A stretch of 64,000 nt of DNA from assembly GCF_037042905.1 (NCBI RefSeq), contig NC_087251.1, positions 16,306,001 through 16,370,000 of the forward strand, written 5' to 3'. Position 1 is the first letter of the stretch. Each line of letters starts with the position of its first letter. The notes below the pieces were generated by a model, which saw nothing but the letters and a program-made list of their open reading frames with translations, did no database searches and was not told the DNA's origin. Below, one piece after another: positions 53,177-64,000 of the stretch. A program made the position numbers and the translations under genes. The stretch comes from Lytechinus pictus. Its lineage: Eukaryota.

Positions 53177-54346
53177 CTTAAATTAATATAACAAAAAGAG
53201 AAACCAAAATTTTAAAAAATACTACAGCGGGAATATTAACTACGAAATATATTGCCATAGTTAGTCTACGATACATGCACTCTATGATTAAGGAAGAAAA
53301 AAAGAAAAATCCAACAACCAAAATACATTTCCTTTGTACCCTACTTTAATATTGTGGATGTATTTATTCGCATAAGCAATTCTGCCCTTAATTACTGTTT
53401 CCACAATTATTATACTACAAAAGGAAGCAAATTTGCACACCATTTTTTATATTTTGGTTGTAAGGTGCAAATTTGCTCCACAAAATAAACTAATTTAAAA
53501 ACTGAGTCTTTCTTATTGATTGAAATCAATCTAAAACAAATATGGAAACCAGCGACGACATAAGCTTGACTGCGTCTTACACACTGTTTCTCGGCCTTTT
53601 TTTAAACACAAGGCCAACTTTCATCATTGAAGACTGAATATGATCTATTTAATGGGGATTTTCAATACAGCATAAAAGCGTTATCTAAAACACCAAGCAC
53701 GTTATTAAAGCCTGTCACTGTAACAACTATTGTTTCAACTTTTAAACAATTGCCACAATGCGTAGTCTTTGCATTAGACGTATTACTGACGTTTCGCATA
53801 ACAGCATCAGACTCGAAAAGACAAAGACAAACCCTGCAGCCTCGTAGTAGTATTGCTATTTCATGAATCGAAAATGACCAAGTGTTGCACACACACTCAT
53901 ACACCCGCATAAACCCTCACACTCCCACACACATATACCTTATTTTACGTGACTAGCCAATTACGTTCTCAATTTGAATTATGTGCTCACCATTTTTATT
54001 GGGGCGGGGCTTGATGCCCGATAAACCCTCCCCGTGAGTTCAAGTTTACTATTTGGTACAACTTTTGTTGTATGTAGGAAGCGATCAAACGATTGATCAG
54101 ACAACAAAGTTTCATTGTAATATTTTCTTCGATGCACGTTCACTTTTGCTTTCGACAATTTCGACACATAAAAAGTCAAAACTTTTTTTCTATCTCCCTG
54201 CATTGTTGAAATCTTCGTCCAGTATTTCCTCGTTTTTATTCAGACTATATCAGTTTGGCCTAACATCGGTAACATATTCATTGATATTAGAGCCTCGAAG
54301 TTTAGGTGTATACTATTGCCCTATCGCCCTTATGTATGCCACTCAC

Positions 54347-54497
54347 CCTGTAACGCTTGAGTTCCCACTTGGAAGGCTGTGCTTGTACTTTCAAACTTCT
54401 CCTGTGAGGTTTTGTCTGCATTAAATCTACTGATGTCTACCGATACCGATGCAGAGGCGATCTTGTAATGTCCCCCAAAGCTCAAGCTGTCCGAATT
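54347..54497 (-). CDS. Apextrin-like protein, coding exon 5 (MACPF TMH2 region)
   Basis: ccatttaaaag|AAT TCG ... CAG G|gtgagt; NSDSLSFGGHYKIASASVSVDISRF...FQVGTQALQ; phase 0-1. Confidence 0.85.
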
Positions 54498-55276
54498 CTT
54501 TTAAATGGGGGAGTGAAAAGAGATTTTGGTTTACTCATCGTTGAAGTTTCAATATCATGATGTGTGTATTACAGTACAAAAAATAATACATGTAATGGAG
54601 GGAATTAGTACGAATATACGCACGAAGTACGTATATATAACAGCCGAGAGCGTTTGGGCTGCTTCAAAGGCAACGAGGGTGTGTGTGAGGGTGGGTGGGG
54701 GGTGTGTTTAATTATTATGATACCTGAACAAAATGATGTATTGTATGTTTTATGAGATAAAAATTACGGATCATTGTCATTTGATAATCCAACCTCATCT
54801 CAAAACCATGATCGGTCCATAGAATCAGTCATTAGTTCCAGCCATTAGCCATTTACTGCTTTTTTAGCTAAAAAGTGACCTTTCTGGTGATATACTTTTC
54901 GACAATCATTTGAATTTGATCCATATCATCGTAAATCATGATACTGTACACAGACGCTTATTTCACAATAGCGCTCAGTAACAGAAATCAATTTAAGCAA
55001 AAGGGGTCCTGTCCCAAGATGATACCCTGTGAGAATCCACATATTAATATCATGAATGGATGCCACAAATAATTTTTGTTTAAGAGTTATTATTTTCTAT
55101 TACTGGTGTAGCTTGTTTCCTGTTATTAAACATTTTGAAGAAACATGTAAACCATGAATATGTTGATGGTGACTAGTTTAGAGTGATTCCTTTTTTTAAG
55201 ACAGTAGATTTTAGCCACCAAAAATGTTTGGAGAATGTTTGAAGAGTGAGGGAACATATAAAAAAGAAAAATCTAC

Positions 55277-55366
55277 CTGCTTTGACGCCTGTTTGATAAA
55301 GGATGATGTGGTTGTACGATTCGTTGAACCGGAACGCATTCCCGCATCCAGCTCCATCACAACGTG
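55277..55366 (-). CDS. Apextrin-like protein, coding exon 4 (MACPF signature)
   Basis: tcatag|CAC GTT ... AAG CAG|gtagat; 90 nt; completes WGT-HVVMELDAG. Confidence 0.9.
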
Positions 55367-55701
55367 CTATGATACAAGAAAGTAAGTGTATGAATAAACA
55401 AAATGCTCAATTCCATACGCCTAGAATATTTGTAATAGTTTTCTGTATGTTAGTTGTGATAGAATGAATAAAGAATTTTGACAAATAATTTGCAACGAAA
55501 ACATTTTCCTCGTATTCGACCTAACTTTATTCATTGATCATAATTTCTACTTTTTAGTCATTCATCTTTTCAGTAATCTACTTCTTATCCTTTTATATAC
55601 TAATTTATTCATTTTAATCTTGATACCACTGCTCTTTCTTTTCAAACGGACTATACGAATAGAAAAAAAAAATAATATTTAGGATTCATTTCCCAACTTA
55701 C

Positions 55702-55919
55702 CGTTCCCCATCTATCAATGAAGTCCATGTATTTCTTCGTATTGGCTTCGTATGTAGCAGGTAGATCACAGACGGCAGCGTAGAAACTGCGGGTAATATC
55801 AAAGCCATCGGCTTTAGCCAGTTCTGACATGTACCTGATATTCCCGAAGTTTGTTATTGTCTCCTTGGTGAAATACACATTGCCTCCACTCTCTTGGTCT
55901 TTTGCAATTTTCTTATAAT
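55702..55919 (-). CDS. Apextrin-like protein, coding exon 3 (MACPF)
   Basis: ctacag|AT TAT ... GGA ACG|gtaagt; DYKKI...SFYAAVCDLPATY...YMDFIDRWGT. Confidence 0.93.
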
Positions 55920-55948
55920 CTGTAGCACATAAAAAGACTCATTATTGT

Positions 55949-56079
55949 GCCTGTTTCACAAAGGACGTACAATTATGATAACTTTAGATCTATGGTAACT
56001 ACCATGGTAACAAAGTTCAGCAGCCAATCAAAATTAAGATATCCATTGTAGTTATCATGATCGTCTTTATGAGACAGAC
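55949..56079. mobile_element. Small intronic MITE (Harbinger-like ends)
   Basis: GCCTGTTTCACAAAG / CTTTATGAGACAGAC inverted ends; internal CTACCATGGTAAC and AGCCAATCA. Confidence 0.5.
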
Positions 56080-56562
56080 ATTATTTGACTTCGTAACTCC
56101 AATAGTGCAGTTCAAACCGAATTTCTTAGGTCCACCTTAACCAGATAGGGCAAGTAAAGACCATTTTGTTATTTTAAAACATTCTTTTCAAAATCTTAAC
56201 GTTCATCATTCTATTCTGTAAAGCCTGGTCCATAATCTTCGAACGTTTCCTCATATAAGTGTCTCAATCATATATCCATTGAAAGGTTTTTTTTTCTTCT
56301 TTCAGACCAGTGTGTTATGTTCGTTTAAACCACTGTTACCAGTATCATTCTGCACTGATTGTTCATTATGAATTGAATTTTTTATGATTGTGTTCCCGAA
56401 TAAACATACTGTCATGACTACAGGTCCGGCTGTAGGCTCATATTTGTGTTTAACCACGAACCTCCCAACTCATTGTTTTAACTCTAGAAGACACTGAGAA
56501 GTTCCTACATCATAAATCGTTTATAAACCAAGTGAAAATAAGCAAAGTTATGTATTCCTTAC

Positions 56563-56610
56563 CATGGCTGCCAGCAAATTTGACCGAAGCAAAGACGACG
56601 TTCAAACTGG
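56563..56610 (-). CDS. Apextrin-like protein, coding exon 2 (48-nt exon, MACPF TMH1 region)
   Basis: cacctaacag|CC AGT ... CAT G|gtaagg; ASLNVVFASVKFAGSH; phase 1-1. Confidence 0.85.
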
Positions 56611-57217
56611 CTGTTAGGTGACAAATTTGGGGAAAAGTACATTAATCAGATTAATTTGACCAAAGATCGTGTGGGAGGGTTCACAAAAAAGTCAGATAAT
56701 TTTTTAATACTTCTTTTGCTTCTTCCTCCTTCTGTTCTTTTTCTTCTTCCTTTTTCCTTTTCTCGATTTCCTCCAGTCCTGGAGAAATATGGGATACATT
56801 GGGTTCGCAAGAAAAGCAGTTTATTAGAAATATGGCAAAGGGACAAGTAGGCCTCGGGACAAGTGCATAAGCTTTGTTCTGGAAGAGGATGGGTTACGAG
56901 ACATCTTCAGTATTGCGAATTGCTATCAGAACACAAACAATGTCTATACGCCGCCACCACCAATGACCCGTCGTACAAAAAAATGTGAACGATACAAACA
57001 CATACTTTTCATACTCAGCAATGCATTTACTCCGGATTGAAAGAAAGCTATCAATTAATTGTTAACTTGCTTTATTTTCATAATACCAAGGAAGTTTTCT
57101 TTCTTTGCTCTTATCCTTTTAATGTTTGGCTCTCTATGAATCAAGAACAACATTTTTTACCGAAAGTTATTTGTACCAAATACGAGATCGCAAGAGCATT
57201 TTGTTTCCTTAACTCAC

Positions 57218-57593
57218 CCGATTCCTGCACCAAGTTGCTGAGAGAGTTTGCGTAGCTTTTCGCTCCAGAAAAGATCGATTGTACATCTGTTGTGTATTCA
57301 GTGTCTCGTGGCACGTACTCCACCTCGTCCGGCACGCTGAACCGGTTGTCTTTTGTTTTCTTATTTTGACGGTACGTGAGCTCTAAGATCTTCCTAGTCC
57401 CATGGAGTCCAGGATCGGCTCCACCAAGGTTCGTAGAGTCACCTTCTGGGTTCCCCATCACTAGGTTGTACCCGACTCCGATGTAGTCCATGCTATTTGG
57501 AACAACAGGTGTTACTGCGGCGCTGTCGACTGCGGCTACGAGCATGGTGGCCAAGAAGACCAGCACACAACGGCCTGCAGTGTGGCTTGCCAT
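57218..57593 (-). CDS. Apextrin-like protein, coding exon 1 (signal peptide plus MACPF N-terminus)
   Basis: AAAG-ATG-G start; signal-like MASHTAGRCVLVFLATMLVAAVDSA; YIGVGYNLVMGNPEG..GGADPGL and FSVPDEV motifs; donor TCG G|gtgagt. The acceptor at 57630 implies an upstream non-coding exon. Confidence 0.93.
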
Positions 57594-57824
57594 CTTTAGT
57601 TGACTGAGAATGGTACTGAGAAGTTTAAATCTGCAAGAACAATCAACGCCAAATGCCATTGTGGAAGTTGAAATGTAATATAACACATTATAAAAACGGT
57701 GTACATTTTCATGTTCACTACTAACATGGATCCTATTAGGATCTCCAGTGCTTGGGACCCTTTAGGTATGCATCACTACAGATCTCAGGTTATCTTCGCT
57801 TGGAGAATTACCAGAGACACACAT

Positions 57825-58105
57825 AATGATAATAATAATAGCCGGATTTATAAAGCACTTTTTGCTTGATGATACAAAGCGCTGTTATTATTACCCCGGC
57901 TTTAGCTGCGCTGTCAATAGGCGCTCAAGACAAATTCGAGACATTTCTTCCTGCCGGGTACCCATTCACCTCACCTGGGTTGAATGCAGCACAGCGTAGG
58001 TAAATTTCTTGCTCAAGGAAAACACGTCATTGCTGAGAATCGAACCAAAGTCCCTCAGAACAAGAGACAAGAGTCATAGCCACTAGACAACGACGCCTCT
58101 TTAAG
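57825..58105 (-). mobile_element. Full-length SURF1-like tRNA SINE
   Basis: Minus strand: A box TGTCTAGTGG, B box GGTTCGATTCTC, CCTTGAGCAAG..ACCCAGGTG..ATGGGTACCCGGCAGG core, (ATT)n tail. Flanking 9-bp direct repeat GACACACAT at 57816-57824 and 58106-58114. Confidence 0.85.
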
Positions 58106-58344
58106 GACACACATTGCACATGACACGATTCTTGATTACCTTTCATTAAACAATTGAGCATTTAAATTCTTTGAATTATTTGCTTGATTCACCTCCCATA
58201 TTATACGATATTCGTACTCAGATCGATGCTGACAGTTTTCTCTTTAACAAATATATTGTTTACATTATAAAGTAATGGACTTTCATACCAGGTTGTTTCT
58301 TTGTATGCTAGTTTAATTATATTGTGCACCAAAGTAATATACCA

Positions 58345-58560
58345 GGGTGTCCCACAAAAGATGGAGCAGTGGGTTTAAAGTACTTTGCCTTTAGTCTCTA
58401 ATTCTTATTTTTACCGTTGGCTAAACCATTTTTAACGAAGAAAATGATGCCAAGATCATGGAATTTGGTTTAATTCTTTTTCAAATACATACATTTTAAA
58501 GTAAGATATTTTCAACCGAACGTTGTACTTTTTTTCGGTACCCCGTTGCATTCTTCACAA
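58345..58560. mobile_element. Tc1/mariner-type MITE fragment
   Basis: Begins CAGGGTGTCCCACAAAA; no intact opposite end seen. Confidence 0.35.
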
Positions 58561-59814
58561 ATGCAAAAAGTGAATTCTCAGCAGTCGGTACTTTCATAGC
58601 ATAGGATTAAATACTTAAGTTTGATGAGTATAAAGATAATCTTATCACAAACGTTTGTTTCCTTCATTGCTTCGTTTATCGAAAACATGACTTTGAAAAG
58701 GTCTAACACACCATCACATGTTTTATGAATCTTATCAAAAGTTTTCTTAATATTAAGAACTAATTATCTGGTTTACTTTAGCAATAAAGGAAACCATGAA
58801 AAGAAGCCCATTTATCATAGACTTTGGTTTATATATTCTTACATCTTCTCATTCATCTCACATTTCAATAGAACAATCATCAACCCCCTGGCGAATGTAA
58901 TTATTATTTGATTGTTCGCTCAGCTCTGACGTGTGTCACGACATCTTCAATCTACATGTATAAAAACATGTATTCAATGATCGGTCCCGTTATTGCTGGT
59001 AAACATGTTTTTCACCTTGATTCTCATGAACCCTATAGGTCAGCAGCCTCGCCATCCCATAATATGTTCTTATATAATTATTGCCATTAATCTTGTATTA
59101 ACGATATCCAATAAAAGATATCAAATTTCTACACACCCTACACTGTTGACATATCAAAACTGTGAACATGTTTGGTTCGTTTTGATCTTTTATGCTTGAA
59201 ATACTTATTTTTTTAAGCTTTGAAACTTTAGAATTTAAGTCTTATTGTTAGTCTTAGAATAGCATATTGTCCACAGCGAAACCATATTGTGAGACCACAT
59301 TCTTGGATGCATTTCTGTAATTTTTCTCTCCTCTCCCTTCTCTATCCCCATCTCTCAACATCTCTGTTTCTCTCTCAGCAAAACGATTTATTTCTTAAAG
59401 AATTATTGTTGATAAAGATTGTAATATATCCATCAGAATCAACTGAAATAAACTATCCATTTGTCAGTAGTCATGATAGTTTACATCGGGCATTGTTACG
59501 AAAAATGGGCCTGTGGAAAATGCAAAGTTTGTGGATCTTATGTCACCCTTTACATTTAATATCAGCTTTTGCATTAGAAGACGAAGGCCATCTATTTCCC
59601 CCATCATTATTGGTTGCACTTTTGTTGAACCATAGCCTCATCACGAATGTCAGTATTTAATAGAGACCCACTTTAGTTTGAACCCAATCCAACGGAACAA
59701 TCATCGACTTCATACATCATTGTACTGACATGCATTCACGTAATTATTTGAAGATATTGATGAATATAACAACAAAATACGCCAAAGCAGATCATCGTCT
59801 GCTGCCGATGTATT

Positions 59815-59995
59815 CAATCGCCACAAAGCTGTCTGGTCGGGGTTTTTTATAACGCATTCTTTCTCCCATGCAATGTCTGATTGCTATACTGACACCCTCG
59901 GCGTTGTCGGCGGTGCCGCGGTCATGACGGAAGCCTGGAATTTGTTGGGTGAGGCCAAATCACGTGCTGGGAATTAGCACCCCTGGGAAATACTT
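59815..59995 (-). promoter_or_regulatory. Candidate promoter of the apextrin-like gene
   Basis: Minus-strand TATAAAA at 59845-59851, local CpG enrichment, E-box CACGTG at 59961-59966 and two partial kB-like words (GGGAATTAGC, GGGAAATACT). Motif evidence only. Confidence 0.3.
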
Positions 59996-60230
59996 GCACC
60001 CCTGCACACACCCTCACTCTACCTCACACACGAACACACATACCCTCCTTTTTACGCCTAAATCAAGTAAACGACACACTAACTAGACGGCTTTTCCAAT
60101 CATGGATCAGCCCTATGTTTTTTATTTCTCTTTCTCTTTCTCTCACTCTTTCCCTCTGTGTAAAAAAGATGTCCGTGTGTAAGGCTATGATGGAGTGCTG
60201 TTTTTAATTACGTGTGGGTTTGTCTGAATG

Positions 60231-60326
60231 CACTGTAAAAAATGAAGTGCTAATTTAGCACTTATATACAGTGCTTGTATAGTGACTGCACTACGAGTGC
60301 TGATTTTCTAGTTCAAATTTAAACTA
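60231..60326. mobile_element. CACTA/EnSpm-like element end, truncated
   Basis: CACTGTAAAAAA terminus followed by the palindromic AAGTGCTAATTTAGCACTT; interrupted by a microsatellite. Confidence 0.45.

Positions 60327-60381
<55 letters not shown>
60327..60381. repeat. (TG)n(TA)n compound microsatellite
   Basis: Direct reading. Confidence 0.97.
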
Positions 60382-60384
<3 letters not shown>

Positions 60385-60456
60385 TCCCCAGACTCTTTCT
60401 ATAACACAGAAAATCTTTTGTCAAAAGCCCTTCATAACAAAGCAGCCGAATCTTAA

Positions 60457-61050
60457 AGGGCTGCTTCAGACTGAAGATATTCATATTTTGATAAACAGAG
60501 TAAAACTCACAGAGCAATATGTCGAAAACTTGATCTAAATCGGATAACAAATAAGTTATTAGATTTTAAAAATTTGCATTATTCCAGTGGAACAGTTCTA
60601 GGCATGTCATTATGAATATTTATTAGGTGGGCTGGTGATGTCATATCCCCACTTGTTATTTTTTTTTTAAATGTAATTAGGTTTATTTAAAAAAATTCTA
60701 CCAAGAAATAAAACTATTGGATTGACAACTAATTATGTGCATTAGTCATTTATTTACACAACTAATTTTATCATAATGGAGACAAATCATTTATAGATTG
60801 TATGAAAAAAATGAAACAATTATGATTTCATGTAATAACATTAAAAAAAAGTGGGGATATGACATCATCAGCCCACCTAATGAATATCCATGAGGATGTG
60901 CATATATAAGTTTTCACAAAATATTGATTAACTTTAGAATTCAATAACTTCGTTATTTTTTAACCGGTTTTGATGATATTTTCACCATTTTGCTTTGTGA
61001 ATTTTACTCTATTTATTCAGATATAAATATTTTCAGCCCGGACCATCCCT
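60457..61050. mobile_element. TTAA-flanked (Kolobok-like) MITE
   Basis: TTAA|AGGGCTGCTTCAGACTGAA ... TTCAGCCCGGACCATCCCT|TTCA; long TIRs including inverted GTGGGGATATGACATCATCAGCCCACCTAAT; same family as 42217-42760. Confidence 0.85.
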
Positions 61051-61203
61051 TTCACACAATCCCTACGATTCGATTTGATTCGAAAAAAGACACCAGTATT
61101 ACCTGCAACCTTCATTTTCTTTTATATTTCTTTATTTTATTATTTTTGTTCATTTTCTTTCCTTTTATTCAATATTTGTCGGTGAAACTTATTAGGAACA
61201 TAT

Positions 61204-62001
61204 GAAGAGCTCACTTGTAAAGGGGGTTGGGTCCATTTTTCATCACATTTGATTTTTATGTCTCAATGTATACATTTTTAGGAGCTCTATAAGATGATAC
61301 CAAAGAAAAGTTGAAATTCCTATCAAAAAGTGAACTAAAATGGCAAAGAAAAATCACTTTTTTTTTAAACGGGTAAGGTCTATTTCAGTTTAGTTGCAAA
61401 AGGGATTAGATCCACACAGATTTTTTGGGAAAAGAATATCTCAAAAATATGAAGACAGGTAAATTTCTTTTATACCCAATTTTATGTTCTCATCCAGTTT
61501 TGCATAAGAATATTGCAATATGGGAGAATTAAAAAAATGATTTTCTTGGAGTGGACCTAACCCCTTTTGCAACCAAAATCTTCTGAAGAACTTATTTGTC
61601 AAAAGGGGTTAGGTCAATTTTTCATTTATTTTATTGTTTTCTGTCTCTAAACCTCAAAATTTTTTGTCACTCTGATGATACCAAAGAAAATTTGAAATTC
61701 AAATGAAAACGTGAATGAAAGTGGCAAAGAAAAATCAATTTTTTTAATCAAAAGAGATTGGATTCATTTCAGTTTGCTTGCAAAAGGGGTTAAGTCCACA
61801 ATGATATTGAAAAAAAATATTTAGAAAAAAATTGAAGACATGTAGATTTCTTTTACACCCTATTTTATGTCCACATGATAGGGTAGTACATCCAGACAAT
61901 TTAGTTTCTCATAAGAATATTGCAATAAGTGAGCATAAAAAACATGGTTTTTCTCGGAATGGTCCAAAGTGGACCTAACCCCCTTTGCAACTAAACTCTT
62001 C
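61204..62001. mobile_element. Tandem dimer of a ~400-bp MITE (ATAT flanks, possibly Sola-like)
   Basis: Units 61204-61583 and 61585-62001, each bounded by GAAGA..TTG.AAA.GGGGTT.GGTC inverted ends; outer flanks ATAT|...|ATAT. Confidence 0.75.
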
Positions 62002-62984
62002 ATATACAGAACTATATTAATGATTCTAATCAATACAAGCAAAAATTAAAATAATTTTTTTAAGTTCTTACAAACATCACAATTTATAAATACATATTTT
62101 ACATAATTGACTCGTAGAGCCGTTAGCTTAAGGTGAGTACTGTAGACAATTAAATTCTATATACGCTTCTAAATAGTTGAGCAATATAAGCATTTGCTAT
62201 CTTCACAAAAAAATGCTTATATATATGTAGTAACGGGGGCCACATTTTTTTAAAACAAAGTGTGGGGATGAGGCCCAGCCCGTCGGTTCTGCGACCCCTG
62301 AGATAGAAGTAAAGATTTCATAACAGTGAGAAAGCCGAACACGTTTTATTATACGTGCAACGAGGAAGGAGAAAAAACAAGTGTATTTTTCCGTTACTGA
62401 CGGACAATATTTCATAAAATCATTAATTATCTAGTAGGATAGAATTATTTCCCATTAATTACTTTGTGATTTTCGCAAGCATTCTATTCAATAATAATGT
62501 GAAACTTTAAAAAGATTCGTTGATATTTAATCATTAATTAATCGGAAATGTCCGTCCGTGATATTGATTTTTTAGTGTTTTTGCTCATTAACCTCGAAAA
62601 TATTTTGCCACCAAAGCACAAAACTTAAGAATTTCCTTTATGCTCACTCTTAAACTGATCAAACTCACTTAATTTTTTTCCTTTCAAAATTGCATTCCAG
62701 CTTATACAATTTTTCTAATTCGTCCTTAAAAGAATTAAGTTCACGAAATTTACATTCTAATTCGTCGTATAAAATATGGTTTGACAAATTCCTTAAATAT
62801 ACTACAAGTAGCACTCTGCGACTTAAAAAATATAATTTAACATCGGACTTTTAGTTCTCGACAATGACAAGCTTGATTACACATTTTAATAGGTCGATGG
62901 AAATGATGGACAACATGTTAGAATGAAAGGCGAAACACATAACGAATAAATGAAATAAATATTTTACCAAAAAATAATTCAGTG

Positions 62985-64000
62985 ACGATTGTCATAATAT
63001 GTCTCTTTTAAAGGAAATAATTCACCCACTTGCTAATCCTCTTAGTCACATTTTAAACAAATAATTATCACAAGGTTTTTTTCCTCACTAATTCAAAATC
63101 GCCAAAGTCAAACCAATTTTCAAAAAAGACAATCCTCATGAAGTTAGTAATTATCTCCCCATTTTTCTCCTCCCAACTATATAAATAATATTTAAAAAAA
63201 TAGTATATAACAGACTTTATAAATTCATTCACAAACACAATCTGCTAAATTCTAATCAATATGGCTCAGGAAAAAATACTAAACAATCTATGATAGCAAA
63301 CACCATTGCTAACAAAGAACTTGTCTTTAGTAAGGCATTCGGTACACTTAATCACGATATTTTGCTTTCAAAACTTAATTATTGTGTACGAGGTCAATCC
63401 CTCTTATGGTTTCAAGATTATTTAAGAAATACGTCACATTTGATGGCTATGAAATACTTAACAATCTATGATAACAAACACCATCGCTAACAAAGAACGT
63501 GTCTTTAGTAAGGCATTCGGTACACTTATAAATCACGATATTTTACTTTCAAAACTTAATTATTATGGTGTTCGAGGTCAATCCCACTTTTGGTTTCAAG
63601 ATTAAGAAATTGAAATAATACGTCACATTTGATGGTTATGACTCTGATTCACTTTTAGGTCATTGTGGTGTCCATCAAGGCTCCATTTTGGGCCCACTAT
63701 TATTTCTAATATATGTCAATGACATTATTAATATATCATCCATTTTATCTTTTCTGTTATTCGCTGACGACACAAATATTTTTTTCTTCTCACAAAAATC
63801 TCACTTCCTTAAACAACACATTAAATCATGAAATAGATAAAGTATCACAGTGGTTTAAAGCTAAACAAATTATCTTTGAATATCACAAAAAAGACTCTTT
63901 ATATATATCTAAAACATCATTCTCATATTTCTGATACTCAAATTCACTTACAGATTGACGAAACGGCACGTCATTAGAACGGAACACTCACTCTAAACTT
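62985..64000 (+). mobile_element. Decayed LINE reverse transcriptase (CR1/L2/Crack group), running off the window
   Basis: Motifs LANPLSHILN, FKIAKVKPIFKKD..EVSNY, SKAFGTLNHDILLSKL, GVHQGSILGPLLFLIYVND, LFADDT, WFKA, with stops and frameshifts. Confidence 0.93.

Noticed and set aside
53786-53815. Second hammerhead-like word on the minus strand (CTGATGC...GCGAAACGTC)
   Set aside because: Lacks A9 and a stable helix II.
57594-57686. Upstream in-frame starts for the apextrin ORF (MLYY.../MAFG...)
   Set aside because: They lie upstream of the acceptor at 57630; ATG 57593 has good context and begins a signal peptide.

Overview
This is AT-rich, repeat-rich, intron-containing animal DNA. The repeat types (SURF1-like tRNA SINEs, G-string MITEs) and the apextrin gene suggest an echinoderm, probably a sea urchin; the organism is an inference. 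Two spliced protein-coding genes lie on the minus strand. (1) The last two exons (7348-6470, 6088-4368) encode a type I membrane protein with an extracellular IgGFc-binding (FCGBP N-terminal) domain, one transmembrane helix and a 341-aa Ser-rich cytoplasmic tail carrying seven Tyr motifs. Its signal-peptide exon could not be placed. (2) A complete 9-coding-exon apextrin-type gene (57593-49046; 1914 nt, 637 aa) encodes a signal peptide, MACPF, ApeC and a charged tail. It has a GC-AG intron, an in-frame 48-nt exon carrying a putative membrane-inserting hairpin, and an ApeC domain that keeps 8 Cys but has lost all three DxED motifs. The ~40 kb between the genes is non-coding or degenerate. It contains hAT-type G-string MITEs with 8-bp TSDs, TTAA-flanked MITEs, a Tc1/mariner-type foldback element, SINEs, LINE remnants, a Penelope-type repeat with a minimal hammerhead ribozyme motif, microsatellites and unexplained coding-like relics at 41.5-44 kb. 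The window ends in a tandem MITE dimer and a decayed LINE reverse transcriptase. Nearly all short ORFs in the supplied track are spurious.
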